Made by a program: the position numbers and the translations under genes. Source: Gammaproteobacteria bacterium (GTDB lineage Bacteria; Pseudomonadota; Gammaproteobacteria; Eutrophobiales; Eutrophobiaceae). Taken from it: a stretch of 64,000 nt of DNA. Where the stretch lies: assembly GCA_965238225.1 (NCBI GenBank), contig OZ250183.1:1184001-1248000 (forward strand), given 5' to 3'. The number at the start of each line of letters is the position of its first letter. Positions within the stretch are counted from its first letter, which is position 1. Below are positions 52,877 through 63,241 of the stretch, piece after piece. Under the pieces are notes generated by a model, which was given only the letters and a program-made list of their open reading frames with translations, had not been told where the DNA came from and ran no database searches.

Positions 52877-53883
52877 AAACACTAATTACAGGCGCGAATG
52901 GCTTTATTGGCTCGTCAGTTGTGCGACATTGTCTCAATGCTGGATACGATGTCCGCGTCCTTGTCCGTCTAGGAAGTGACAGGAGAAATCTTGAAGGCTT
53001 AGCTGTGGAAATTATTGAAGGAAACCTACAAGATAAAGCATCTCTCAAGCAAGCAGTCAATGGGTGTAATGCAGTATTTCATGTTGCTGCTGATTACAGA
53101 CTCTGGGTACCTGATCCGGATGATATGTATAAAACTAACGTTACCGGTACGCGAGATTTAATGCTGGCCAGCACTGAAGCTGGTGTCGACAAGATTGTTT
53201 ACACAAGCAGTATCGCTGTACTGGGTTTGAATTCAAACGGCACACCCGCCAATGAAGATACGCCGATAATGCAAGGTGATATAATAGGGCATTATAAGAA
53301 ATCGAAATATCTGGCTGAAGAAGCAGTATCCGAGCTTGTTGATAAAAATAAATTGCCCGCCGTCATCGTCAACCCATCAACACCTGTGGGGCCTAGAGAT
53401 ATCAAGCCCACGCCCACTGGGAATATCATTCTTGAGACTCTAAATAATCGTATGCCAGCCTATGTCGATACTGGTTTGAATATTGCGCATGTTGATGACG
53501 TTGCCAAAGGGCATTTATTAGCCTTCGAAAAAGGCAAGGTAGGTGAACGCTATATTCTTGGTGGTGAGAATCTCAGTCTGCAAAATATCCTAACCATTAT
53601 ATGTGAGCTCATAGGAAAAAAACCACCGTCAATTAAATTACCTCACAATTTAATATTACCTGTCGCTTGGTGCATGGAACGATGGGCAGATCTTAGCAAG
53701 AAGAAACCTTTGGCAACAGTCGATGAAATTCGTATGGCTAAAAAAATTATGTATTTTTCTTCAGATAAAGCAATTAAGGAACTAGGCTATAAAATTACAC
53801 CTGCAAAAGAGGCCATCAAGAATGCCATTGACTGGTTTATAAAGAATGGGTATTGCACGAATAAAATTAATTTACTCAAATAG
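52873..53883 (+). CDS. hpnA: Hopanoid-associated NAD-dependent epimerase/dehydratase
   Basis: TGANGFIG, HVAADYRLWVP, GHYKKSK and NPSTPVGPRDIKPTPTG motifs. Confidence 0.92.
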   Translation: MKTLITGANGFIGSSVVRHCLNAGYDVRVLVRLGSDRRNLEGLAVEIIEGNLQDKASLKQAVNGCNAVFHVAADYRLWVPDPDDMYKTNVTGTRDLMLASTEAGVDKIVYTSSIAVLGLNSNGTPANEDTPIMQGDIIGHYKKSKYLAEEAVSELVDKNKLPAVIVNPSTPVGPRDIKPTPTGNIILETLNNRMPAYVDTGLNIAHVDDVAKGHLLAFEKGKVGERYILGGENLSLQNILTIICELIGKKPPSIKLPHNLILPVAWCMERWADLSKKKPLATVDEIRMAKKIMYFSSDKAIKELGYKITPAKEAIKNAIDWFIKNGYCTNKINLLK

Positions 53884-53949
53884 GCTTAATTCACAACAAG
53901 CTATAATATTATTTCTAATGGTGCAAAAATCATATTAAAGAGATTAACA

Positions 53950-55668
53950 TTAGATTAGATTATATAGATAAAATAACAAAGACCCTAGAAGGAATGCAAT
54001 AACCACAAAAATAGAAGAATTTATCTGTGACGTTTTAGTAATAAACCCTTTAGCACCATAAATACATGCAGTACCTAAACTAATACTGCGCAATATTTTC
54101 TTTGTCTTTTCGCTAACATAAGTAGCAAATGAACAATAAATTATTTTTATAGAATTCCAGCTACACGGCAAGATTTTTCTATAAATCCATTCCACATCGA
54201 TATTAATAGAACGCAATTCTGGTGGATATAAATTTTGTTTCTGCAACCAGACAAAGGCCAACGCCGAGAAGAATAATATTTGTAACTGCGCAAGTACATG
54301 CGTCATATCATACGGGCTATAAACAATAACCTTAGGCAGTAATCCATAGAGTATTTGCGGTTGTATACCGATGAATATACACAGCAACGCTGAAATTGTC
54401 ATCGCAATCAACATGTTATTCGGCGGATCGCTAACACGAATGCCAGAATCATGAGCAAAAAATGCAAAGTAAGGTATCTTAATGCCGGCATGATGAAAAA
54501 CGCCAGCTGAAGCAAATAGTAATGCCAACCAAACACCGTGATAACCTTCCGTAAGCGCGGCACTCATTACCATAGACTTACTGACAAAACCACTAAATAA
54601 AGGAAATGCAGAAATAGAGGCCGCGCCAATAATGCAAAGGACGGTTGTTTTCGGCATCGTTTTATAAAGCCCGCCAAGTTCTGAGCCATTCATACGTCCT
54701 GTCATATGTAATACTGCCCCCATAGACATAAATAACAAGCCTTTAAATATCACATCAGTAAAAGCATGAGCGACGGCTCCATTGATACTTAAGGCGGTAC
54801 CAATGCCAATACCACAAACCATAAATCCTAATTGGTTTATCATGCTGTATCCCAAAACACGTCTAAGATCATTTTCTATCACTGCATAAAAAATTGGAAA
54901 ACAGGTCATGATCATGCCTATATAAACGAGTAGTTCCGTGCCCGGATATGCGCGCGCCATACAGTATATGGCTACTTTAGTCGTGAAAGCGGCAAGAAAA
55001 ACTGCACCTGTTGGTGTTGCCTGAGGATAGGCATCTGTTAACCAATTATGAAAAAACGGAAAAGCACATTTGATTCCAAAGGCAAGAAAAATTAGCCATG
55101 AAGCTAAATCACTAAACCTTGAGTTATCCAACAAACCAATATATTCAAATTGGGCACTACCCGTTTCGTAAATAAGCAAAGCAGCACCAATCAGTAATAA
55201 CATCCCTGAACTCATCTGTATAATGAGGTAACGAAATCCTGAAGCTATTGCCTCATTTGTGCGTCTTGCCCATACCAAAAATACTGATGCAACAGCCATC
55301 AGCTCAAAAAAGATAAATAGTGTAATGAGGTCGCCAGCGAACACTGCCCCTAATGCACTGCCTATATAAAATAAGCCAGAAATTTGTTGCATGGTATCGC
55401 GTACATGCAAGGAATAAATGATGCAAATTAAGGCGGCGATATGAAACAAATAACCGAATAATAAGCTAAGCCTGTCAACTCGATAAAGCTCTAACTCGTA
55501 AGCAAATAAAGAAATTTGCCAAGTGTTCCCTGCGTCTAGGCCAATAAGCCCAAATCCACTTAAAATTGGCACTGCCAATAATAATATATTGCGTACGTAG
55601 CCGTGTAAAAACGGCAACAATAATGCTGCAATAAAAAATAAGATAAACGGGGGAAAGCTACTTGCCAC
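53950..55668 (-). CDS. mrpD: Mrp-type Na+/H+ antiporter subunit D paralog 3
   Basis: Multi-TM protein with H.WL.DAYP, FTTK, LRRVL.YS, FKGLLFM..G and GFVSK motifs. Confidence 0.85.
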   Translation of the reverse strand: MASSFPPFILFFIAALLLPFLHGYVRNILLLAVPILSGFGLIGLDAGNTWQISLFAYELELYRVDRLSLLFGYLFHIAALICIIYSLHVRDTMQQISGLFYIGSALGAVFAGDLITLFIFFELMAVASVFLVWARRTNEAIASGFRYLIIQMSSGMLLLIGAALLIYETGSAQFEYIGLLDNSRFSDLASWLIFLAFGIKCAFPFFHNWLTDAYPQATPTGAVFLAAFTTKVAIYCMARAYPGTELLVYIGMIMTCFPIFYAVIENDLRRVLGYSMINQLGFMVCGIGIGTALSINGAVAHAFTDVIFKGLLFMSMGAVLHMTGRMNGSELGGLYKTMPKTTVLCIIGAASISAFPLFSGFVSKSMVMSAALTEGYHGVWLALLFASAGVFHHAGIKIPYFAFFAHDSGIRVSDPPNNMLIAMTISALLCIFIGIQPQILYGLLPKVIVYSPYDMTHVLAQLQILFFSALAFVWLQKQNLYPPELRSINIDVEWIYRKILPCSWNSIKIIYCSFATYVSEKTKKILRSISLGTACIYGAKGFITKTSQINSSIFVVIAFLLGSLLFYLYNLI

Positions 55669-55915
55669 TATAATAGTCTTCGTCTCGCATAAGCATTTTA
55701 CGTATCTGCGTCGCTATAAGCACTAAAACTACGCAAGCAATAAACCCGAAAATGGCATAAAATCCGAATATATCTTCCCATGAGTGAATTGTATGTCGAT
55801 GAATAAAGATATCGGCCACTACCAAAAAACCGCAGATAGCATAGAAAATTCGCAAGACGAAATTTATATTCTCTGAGTTATCAAAATAATATTCTTTCTT
55901 GTTAGACATAATCAT
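55658..55915 (-). CDS. Small two-TM protein embedded in the mrp cluster
   Basis: GFYA.FGF.ACV.LV and R.EDYY pattern; overlaps the next gene start. Confidence 0.7.
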   Translation of the reverse strand: MIMSNKKEYYFDNSENINFVLRIFYAICGFLVVADIFIHRHTIHSWEDIFGFYAIFGFIACVVLVLIATQIRKMLMRDEDYYSGK

Positions 55916-55988
55916 AATTCTCCTAGATAATTTTCTAGATAATTCACTCTGCTAATTTACTGCAAAACTATTTATTTAGTGTACTAAT

Positions 55989-57431
55989 TTATTTCACAAC
56001 AGACTGCATTAATTCATACACAGATTCTGGATAGAAAAACAGAGCCACGCATCCAAAACTTGTAATTGCCATTGCGATTAAACAAGGCAATGGTGCTTCT
56101 TTGAAGCCTTTTGCCGCGCAATCAGGTTCACTGATAAACCCTTGCACAGGAATACACAAGAGATAAATTACATTTAATAAGGAGCTAACGAGCAACACCA
56201 AAAGTGGAATATAATGCTCCGTTTCTAATGTCCCTAATACTAAAAACCATTTACTCCACATGCCCCCTGTCGGAGGCAATCCAATAATACTCATACTCCC
56301 GATCAAAAAAGCCATCATGGTAAACGGCATGGTTTTTCCCAAACCGCGCATCTCGCTTACCTTGGTCTTATGGCTTGTTATCATGATAGCGCCCGCACAA
56401 AAAAACAAAGTAATTTTCCCGAATGCATGCATAGCAATGTGCATACCACTGCCAATAATACCAGCAGTACTGACTAACATTGTGCCCAATACAATATAGG
56501 CCAATTGACTCACAGTAGAATAGGCTAGCCTTGCTTTCAGATTGTCCTTGCTCATGGCAATGATAGAGGCAATTAAAATTGTCGCCGTCGCTATATATAT
56601 TAACCATTCGCTTGCGCTGGTTTCTACCAAAAAATCAATGCCAAATATATATACAGTAATTTTTAACACAGTAAACACGCCCGCCTTAACTACAGCAACG
56701 GCATGCAACAATGCACTGACAGGTGTTGGGGCAACCATGGCTTTCGGTAACCAATGATGAAAGGGCATCAAAGCTGCTTTACCAATACCAAACACATAAA
56801 GCGCAAAGAGCGTGATGACGACGAATTCTGTTGTTTTGCCTGCGAGAATGCCGCCCGGAGTAAAATCCAGAGTCCCGGCAATAAACCATGTCCAGATGAT
56901 TGCCAACAATTGCAACCCGATAGATGTTCCTAATAATATGCCAAGATAAATACGACCGGAACGCTTTGCGTCCTCAGTACCGCTATGTGTCAGTAATGGG
57001 TAGGTGGTTATTGTTAATAATTCATAAAAAACAAAGAGCGTAAACATATTAGCGCTGAAAGCTAACCCCATAACTGATGATAATGCCAAGGCAAAGAAGA
57101 CATAAAAACGCGTTTGATTCTGCTCATGGTGAGCGCGCATATAACCTATGGAATATATTGATGTGGCGATCCAAAGAAAACTGGAAACCAGAGCAAATAA
57201 TACCCCCAAAGGCTCGACTGCAAAAGCTAGACTAATCCCTGGGATGAACTCCAATAATGTAACTGCAAGTATGTCTCCTGCATTCAAAAACGCATATATC
57301 TGACATACAATTACGAACATGCCAATTGCAGACACCAAAGTGACCGCTTCACGTAAATTTGCATGGCGACCCGTTAAACCAATTAATAAGGCACCAATTG
57401 CAGGAACCAAGATAGCAGCTTCAATCAACAT
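55989..57431 (-). CDS. mrpD: Mrp-type antiporter subunit D paralog 2
   Basis: KAALMPFHHWLP.AMVAPTPVSALLHAVAVVKAG and LKARLAYSTVSQ motifs. Confidence 0.87.
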   Translation of the reverse strand: MLIEAAILVPAIGALLIGLTGRHANLREAVTLVSAIGMFVIVCQIYAFLNAGDILAVTLLEFIPGISLAFAVEPLGVLFALVSSFLWIATSIYSIGYMRAHHEQNQTRFYVFFALALSSVMGLAFSANMFTLFVFYELLTITTYPLLTHSGTEDAKRSGRIYLGILLGTSIGLQLLAIIWTWFIAGTLDFTPGGILAGKTTEFVVITLFALYVFGIGKAALMPFHHWLPKAMVAPTPVSALLHAVAVVKAGVFTVLKITVYIFGIDFLVETSASEWLIYIATATILIASIIAMSKDNLKARLAYSTVSQLAYIVLGTMLVSTAGIIGSGMHIAMHAFGKITLFFCAGAIMITSHKTKVSEMRGLGKTMPFTMMAFLIGSMSIIGLPPTGGMWSKWFLVLGTLETEHYIPLLVLLVSSLLNVIYLLCIPVQGFISEPDCAAKGFKEAPLPCLIAMAITSFGCVALFFYPESVYELMQSVVK

Positions 57432-57435
57432 TAAT

Positions 57436-58974
57436 TTACTGACCTCCTATTAGATAAGTAGCTGCCTGTCTTGAAATATCAGTGACCCAGGATGGGTTGA
57501 CGCCGCAATAAATATTAGCAAAGATAATTATCCACACAGGGAGCAACATAGAAAGCGGCGCTTCTTTGTATTGACTTGCTTTGCTATTTGCCTCGGCATT
57601 TTTTTGCGCGTCAATATTATCATGTATCATTTTCGAAGTATTTTTTCTAGGACACTGAAAATAAAGCACTTCGACGACCTTCCATACATAAATAACAGTC
57701 AGAACTGATCCTAATAAAATTAAGAAAGCCAACCACCACCAATCTTTTTCCAGTGCAGCAACTACCAAATACCACTTACTGATAAAACCTGCCGTCAATG
57801 GCATGCCTATAAGGCTTAGCCCGCCAATAATAAAGGTCATCGTTGTCTGTGGCATTTGTCTGCCGATACCCTTCATATCTTTCAGTGAGACCGAATTAAA
57901 ACGAAAAAAGAAACATCCAACACTCATAAATAAAGTTGTTTTAATTAAGGCATGATTAAATAAATGTAATACCCCTGCCATGAGTCCAGTCACAGAAACC
58001 AAGCTAACACCCAAAACCATATATCCAATCTGGGCAATACTAGAATAGGCCAATATTTTTTTAATATTATCTTGATATATTGCTGCGAGTGAGCCACTAA
58101 AGATAGCCAACAAGGCTGCTACCATCAAAATAATATCTAAATGCATCGTTGCAAAAGCATATTCAGCGCCAAATACTGTAAATATGAATCTAAGCAACAC
58201 ATAAATAAATACCTTACTGGTGGTTCCAGATAAAAATGCGGAAACTACTGAAGGCGCATAGGTATAGGCATTAGGCAACCAATAATGCAAAGGAAATAAA
58301 CCAAATTTAATACAGACACCCACGGTAAAAAATGCAAACGCAACAGCGATGGTTCGTGTGTCCTCTACCTCTTGAATACGGTGACCCATATCAGTGATAT
58401 TCAATGTCCCAGTCATGACATACAAAAAACCAACGCCAATAAGAATGAATGTCGCCCCGACAGTCCCCAGTATTAAATAGCGAAAGGTGGCTAATAATGC
58501 CGGTTTTTCCATAGAGGCACTTATCATTGCGTATGAAGAAAGCGATGCAATCTCAACAAAAACAAAGACATTAAAGGCATCGCCAGTGATAACAACACCG
58601 CATAACCCTGCTAGATGTAGTAGAAAAGCTGTATAAAAAAGGTAAATTCGGTCTCCTGCGATTTCTTTACGCACGCACGCGCGCGCAAATAACATCACAA
58701 TGGATGCAATGCCTGTGACAATTAATAAAACAAAGGCATTCAAAATATCTACACGGTATTCGATCCCCCATGGTGCAGCCCAGCTACCAATGGCATAAAT
58801 AATCTCGCCGGATGCTAGAACTTCTCTAAAAAGAAGCGTAGCAATGATAAGACTGACCCAACATACCAACAAAACAACACCCCAAGCCAAATTATGTCTG
58901 CGTAAAAATAGACATAGCGGTGCAAACAATAAGGGGATAACAACCTGTAAAATGGGTAAATGCTGAGAAATCAC
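57436..58974 (-). CDS. mrpD: Mrp-type antiporter subunit D paralog 1
   Basis: PWGIEYRVD, TGDAFN.FVF.EI, PLH.WLP.AY and LAYSSIAQIGY motifs. Confidence 0.88.
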   Translation of the reverse strand: MISQHLPILQVVIPLLFAPLCLFLRRHNLAWGVVLLVCWVSLIIATLLFREVLASGEIIYAIGSWAAPWGIEYRVDILNAFVLLIVTGIASIVMLFARACVRKEIAGDRIYLFYTAFLLHLAGLCGVVITGDAFNVFVFVEIASLSSYAMISASMEKPALLATFRYLILGTVGATFILIGVGFLYVMTGTLNITDMGHRIQEVEDTRTIAVAFAFFTVGVCIKFGLFPLHYWLPNAYTYAPSVVSAFLSGTTSKVFIYVLLRFIFTVFGAEYAFATMHLDIILMVAALLAIFSGSLAAIYQDNIKKILAYSSIAQIGYMVLGVSLVSVTGLMAGVLHLFNHALIKTTLFMSVGCFFFRFNSVSLKDMKGIGRQMPQTTMTFIIGGLSLIGMPLTAGFISKWYLVVAALEKDWWWLAFLILLGSVLTVIYVWKVVEVLYFQCPRKNTSKMIHDNIDAQKNAEANSKASQYKEAPLSMLLPVWIIIFANIYCGVNPSWVTDISRQAATYLIGGQ

Positions 58975-59009
58975 GAAGGTATATTCATTGGTTTCATTTG
59001 GCTCATCAA

Positions 59010-59366
59010 TTAGTCTTTATCCATTTCGTTAATCTTGCTCTCATGAATACTTTTGTATGCCTCATAAATACGAATTGTCAACGCAAGGCCAAATGCAGTG
59101 GTTGCGATACCTACGACAATGGCTGTTAATATCAGGACATGCGGCAGGGGCGCTGCATATTGGGTGTAATTTTCTGAATAAATAGGAGCCGTACCACCAG
59201 AGAGATAGCCCATTGATATAAAAATAATAAATACAGATACTTGAAAAATATTCAAACCGATAAGCTTTTTAATTAAATTATCATCGGCGATGACGATATA
59301 AAACCCTATCATCATAAGCACGCTGGCTATCCAATAATTATAAAGCCCTAATAAATTTTCCATCAA
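59010..59366 (-). CDS. mrpC: Mrp antiporter subunit C
   Basis: NLIKKLIGL and PLPHVLILTAIVVG motifs. Confidence 0.9.
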   Translation of the reverse strand: MMENLLGLYNYWIASVLMMIGFYIVIADDNLIKKLIGLNIFQVSVFIIFISMGYLSGGTAPIYSENYTQYAAPLPHVLILTAIVVGIATTAFGLALTIRIYEAYKSIHESKINEMDKD

Positions 59367-59809
59367 AAAAACCTAAATATGTATTAACGTTCTATCTATA
59401 CATAAAGCAGTATAATTAAAACATAGCAAAACCCCTTCAAATGGTGAGACATGATGTTAAATAAACTTATATCCTCTCAGCATATATTATATCTACTTTA
59501 CTCACGGAAAGTTAATATATGTTCTAAATTTTTAAAAAGATAAATAAGAATTGTAGCGCACTGGATTATCTCGTACTAAACCGATGACCAGAAAAGGTAT
59601 AGTTAGCTATCTTTCGATTTATCAGCTGGTAGTTCGTATAAGACTTTTTTTGTTAATATCGTCCTGATTACAAGGCAAAAATCATTAAAAATATGACCTT
59701 AAAGCCTGTGCAAGATAATAAAGTATTGGAGTGTTTACTGTGCGGTTTGAATATTATTAATCAACTTAAGAAAGTTTATGAGGAACTTTAGACTAAGGCA
59801 GCCTGAATA

Positions 59810-59839
59810 AATAAAGGGATCTACATAGATCCCTTTATT
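59810..59839. terminator. Perfect 14-bp inverted repeat, probable terminator after the RTX gene
   Basis: AATAAAGGGATCTA-CA-TAGATCCCTTTATT. Confidence 0.75.
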
Positions 59840-59894
59840 GTTATTGTCTTAACTTAAACCTTTTATTTCACTTAAATCTGCTGTGATTAAGCTA

Positions 59895-62721
59895 TTAGGC
59901 AGTTTGCCATGTTTCAGTCAATACTGTTTGCAAGCTATCAGCAACATCTTGTGCTATGACATTACCTGCACCAAGTGGTACATCATAAGCTGCCATGGCA
60001 TTGACTAATTTGTAGACATCATCTTGTAGTAACACTGATGAACCAACTTGGAAACTATCTAGTTTGGCATCATCATCATTTGCGTACCAGCGCCTCACCC
60101 TCACTTGATCATCGGTGCCAACGACAGTAATCAGTAAGTCTGTATCGTCTGCATTACCTGCATAGGATGTTTTACTTCGGCTAAACCACAAGTCTTGTGT
60201 GTCTATAGCCTGAAATAGTAATTTATCTTCATCCGTACCTTCGTCCGCTGAGTCTGTATCATAATTATGAATGGTTAGATTATCGTCACCTCGGGAAAAT
60301 AGATAAGTATCGTTACCGTTACCTCCAACCAAGATGTCAGCGCCGTTTTGTCCATACAGGAAATCGTCACCATCACCTCCATTCAAGTAATCACGACCAG
60401 CACCTCCATACAGGAAATCGTTACCATTATCTCCATACAATGTATCCCCCTCACCGGAACCACCGCTTAGTACATCATCGCCGGCACCTCCAACCAAGGT
60501 ATCGTTACCGTCACCTCCATATAGGAAATCGTTACCAGCACCCCCATGCAAGGTACTCGAACCACCGCCAAGCTCTTCCAGTAGATCATTACCACTGCCA
60601 CCAAGGAAATAGCCACCACCAAAGAAAGAGCCATCGCTCCTCCCATACGAGTTTTCTGGCAATGTCCATACAGTACCGTCAGCAAACTCAACTTGGTCTA
60701 ATAGGTAATCATCACTTAGGAAGTGATCGTAAATCGTTATAGTCTCTGTTGTGTTATTAGGGCTGTTTACTTGTAATAGAAGATTATTATCTGCGCGAGT
60801 TACTCGAACATCTGTAGTAGCAATGCCTGCGTCAAGTTTCAAGGTATCTGTGCTATTGCTTGTATCAAGGTTATGAATGCTTGTATCACCGTCACCTAAA
60901 GAAAACCGATAAATATCGTTACCGTTACCGCCAACTAAGACATCCGTACCAGAGCCACCGCTTAGTACATCATCGCCATTTTGGCCGTACAGGGTATCGT
61001 CACCGTTATCGCCGTTTAAGGTATCATCGCCGTTTTGTCCGTACAGGGTATCGTCACCGTCACCGCCATTTAAGGTATCGTTATCGTTACCGCCGTATAG
61101 TGTATCTGTGCCGTTACCTCCATTCAGGGTATCGTTATCGTTACCTCCGAACAAGATATCCGTACCAGAGCCACCGCTTAGTACATCATCACCGTTTTGT
61201 CCATACAGCTTATCGTCACCGTTACCGCCATTTAAGGTATCGTTATCGTTACCGCCGTATAGTGTATCTGTGCCGTTACCGCCATTTAAGATATCGTTGC
61301 CAGTCCAGCCGCCTAAGATATCGTCGCCGTCATCGCCGTTTAAGGTATCGTTACCAGCACCTCCATTTAAGGTATCGTTATCGTTACCGCCAGACAAGAT
61401 ATCCGCACCAGAACCACCGCTTAGTACATCATCACCGTTTTGTCCATACAGCTTATCGTCACCGTCACCGCCATTTAAGGTATCGTTATCGTTACCGCCG
61501 TATAGTGTATCTGTGCCGTTACCTCCGAACAGGGTATCGTTATCGTTACCGCCAGCCAAGGTATCGCTACCGTCATCCCCATTCAAGTAATCCTCACCGT
61601 TTTGTCCATACAGCTTATCGTCACCGTTACCGCCATTTAAGGTATCGTTATCGTTACCGCCGTATAGTGTATCTGTGCCGTTACCGCCATTTAAGATATC
61701 GTTGCCAGTCCAGCCGCCTAAGATATCGTCGCCGTCATCGCCACTTAAGGTATCGTTACCAGCATTTCCATACAGGGTATCGTTATCGTCATCTCCAAAC
61801 AGGGTATCGTCACCGCTACCGCCAACCAAGGTATCGTCACCGGCATCTCCACTCAAGTAATCCTCACCGTCACCGCCAGACAAGGTATCCGTACCAGAAC
61901 CGCCAACCAAGGTATCGTTGCCGTCATCTCCATACAGCTTATCGTTATCGTTACCTCCGTATAGGGTATCCGTACCAGAACCACCGCTTAGTACATCATC
62001 GCCGTTTTGTCCGTACAGGATATCGACACCGGCATCTCCATACAGGGTATCGTCACACCGCCACCAAGATATCGTCAGACAAGATATCGTCACCGTACCG
62101 CCATTTAAGGTATCCTACCAGAACCGCAAGGTATCGTTACCGTTTTGTCCCAGCTTATCACCGTCATCACCGTAAGGGTATCCGTACCAGAACCACCGAG
62201 CAGTGCATCGTCACCGGCATCTCCATACAGGGTATCGTTATCGTTACCGCCAAACAAGATATCCGCACCAGAACCACCGCTTAGTGCATCATCGCCGTTT
62301 TGTCCGTACAGGGTATCGACACCGGCATCTCCATACAGGGTATCGTCACCGGCATCTCCATACAGGAAATCGTCACCGTCACCGCCATTTAAGGTATCGA
62401 CACCGGCATCTCCATACAGGGTATCGTCACCGTCATCCCCTTTTAAGATATCTACGCGCCTGCGCCGCCGTTTAAGTAATCATCACCGTCACCGCCATTT
62501 AAGGTATCGTCACCGGCATTTCCAAACAGGATATCGTTATCTCCATTCAGGGTATCGTTACCGTCATCTCCAAACAGGGTATCGTTACCGTTACCGCCAT
62601 TTAAGGTATCGTTACCGGCATTTCCATACAGGGTATCGTTACCGGCATTTCCATGCAGGGTATCGTTGTCACCAAGACCTTCTAATCGATCATCACCATC
62701 ACCACCATTAACATTAGCCAT
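59895..62721 (-). pseudogene. Type I-secreted RTX (hemolysin-type Ca-binding repeat) protein; reading frame broken near 62455 and across about 62050-62180 (real lesion or assembly artefact)
   Basis: AGGA Shine-Dalgarno then [11 protein letters not shown]; dozens of GGxGxDxLx nonapeptides; an HCBP-related segment (TI.DHF....DQVEFADGTVW); C-terminal LWFSR...LVNAMAAY secretion-signal-like region; adjacent to hlyD. Confidence 0.8.
60910..62700 (-). repeat. 27-bp RTX nonapeptide tandem array with a 405-bp higher-order duplication
   Basis: The distinctive GGWTGNDILNGG-coding block starts at 61296 and 61701, 405 bp apart (15 x 27). Confidence 0.9.
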
Positions 62722-63241
62722 AATAATATTCCTGTTATTTATACGTTTTATAAAAGGTTGGTTATTTGTAAGTGTAATCTTTTTTAAATCTTCTTAACGT
62801 TACGGTACAACAATAGTGCTATACAGCGTTCAATCATTAGCCGATATCTTGTTTGCATTTTTGTTGTCATTGGTATTTAAAGATAAATCCTGTCAATGTT
62901 TTGCGTATTTATCTGTGTTTAAGGCTATATCCTTTAATGTACAACTTTTGCTATCACTAAATTGTGATACCCAAAGAAGATACCCTAAAAAAACGTTATA
63001 CGAAAGTGGCAAATACATTAAATGTTGATTTAGCTTTAGATACATAACATGCCTTATACAGGCATTACACTCCCTAACATTGGGGGTATGGTCAAAGATT
63101 GGTGAAAAAGTTCCACACCAGTTTGATTTAGATTATGTTAAATCTAATTTATAAGGCGAAAGCTATTATCCACGTTTGGTATGTTATTTTTTTACACTTT
63201 ATCATATGCCATTGGTTTTTATTGTTCTTTTTATCGTCTTT

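Noticed and set aside
45919-53883. tRNA-anchored genomic island carrying the hopanoid genes
   Set aside because: The genes lie on the 5' side of the tRNA, and no integrase or duplicated tRNA 3' end was seen.
53950-59366. NADH dehydrogenase NuoLMN or hydrogenase membrane arm
   Set aside because: The MrpC motif and MrpD-type signatures are present, with no nuo or hydrogenase catalytic genes adjacent.
60910-62700. Regular repeat array as a possible CRISPR
   Set aside because: Units are contiguous codon-phased 27-mers with no unique spacers and no cas genes nearby.
60860-62711. Long + strand ORFs rich in Arg/Tyr/His or Pro/Ser (474, 160 and 188 aa)
   Set aside because: They are antisense shadows of the 27-bp RTX repeats, which lack stops in these frames; there is no independent sign of coding.
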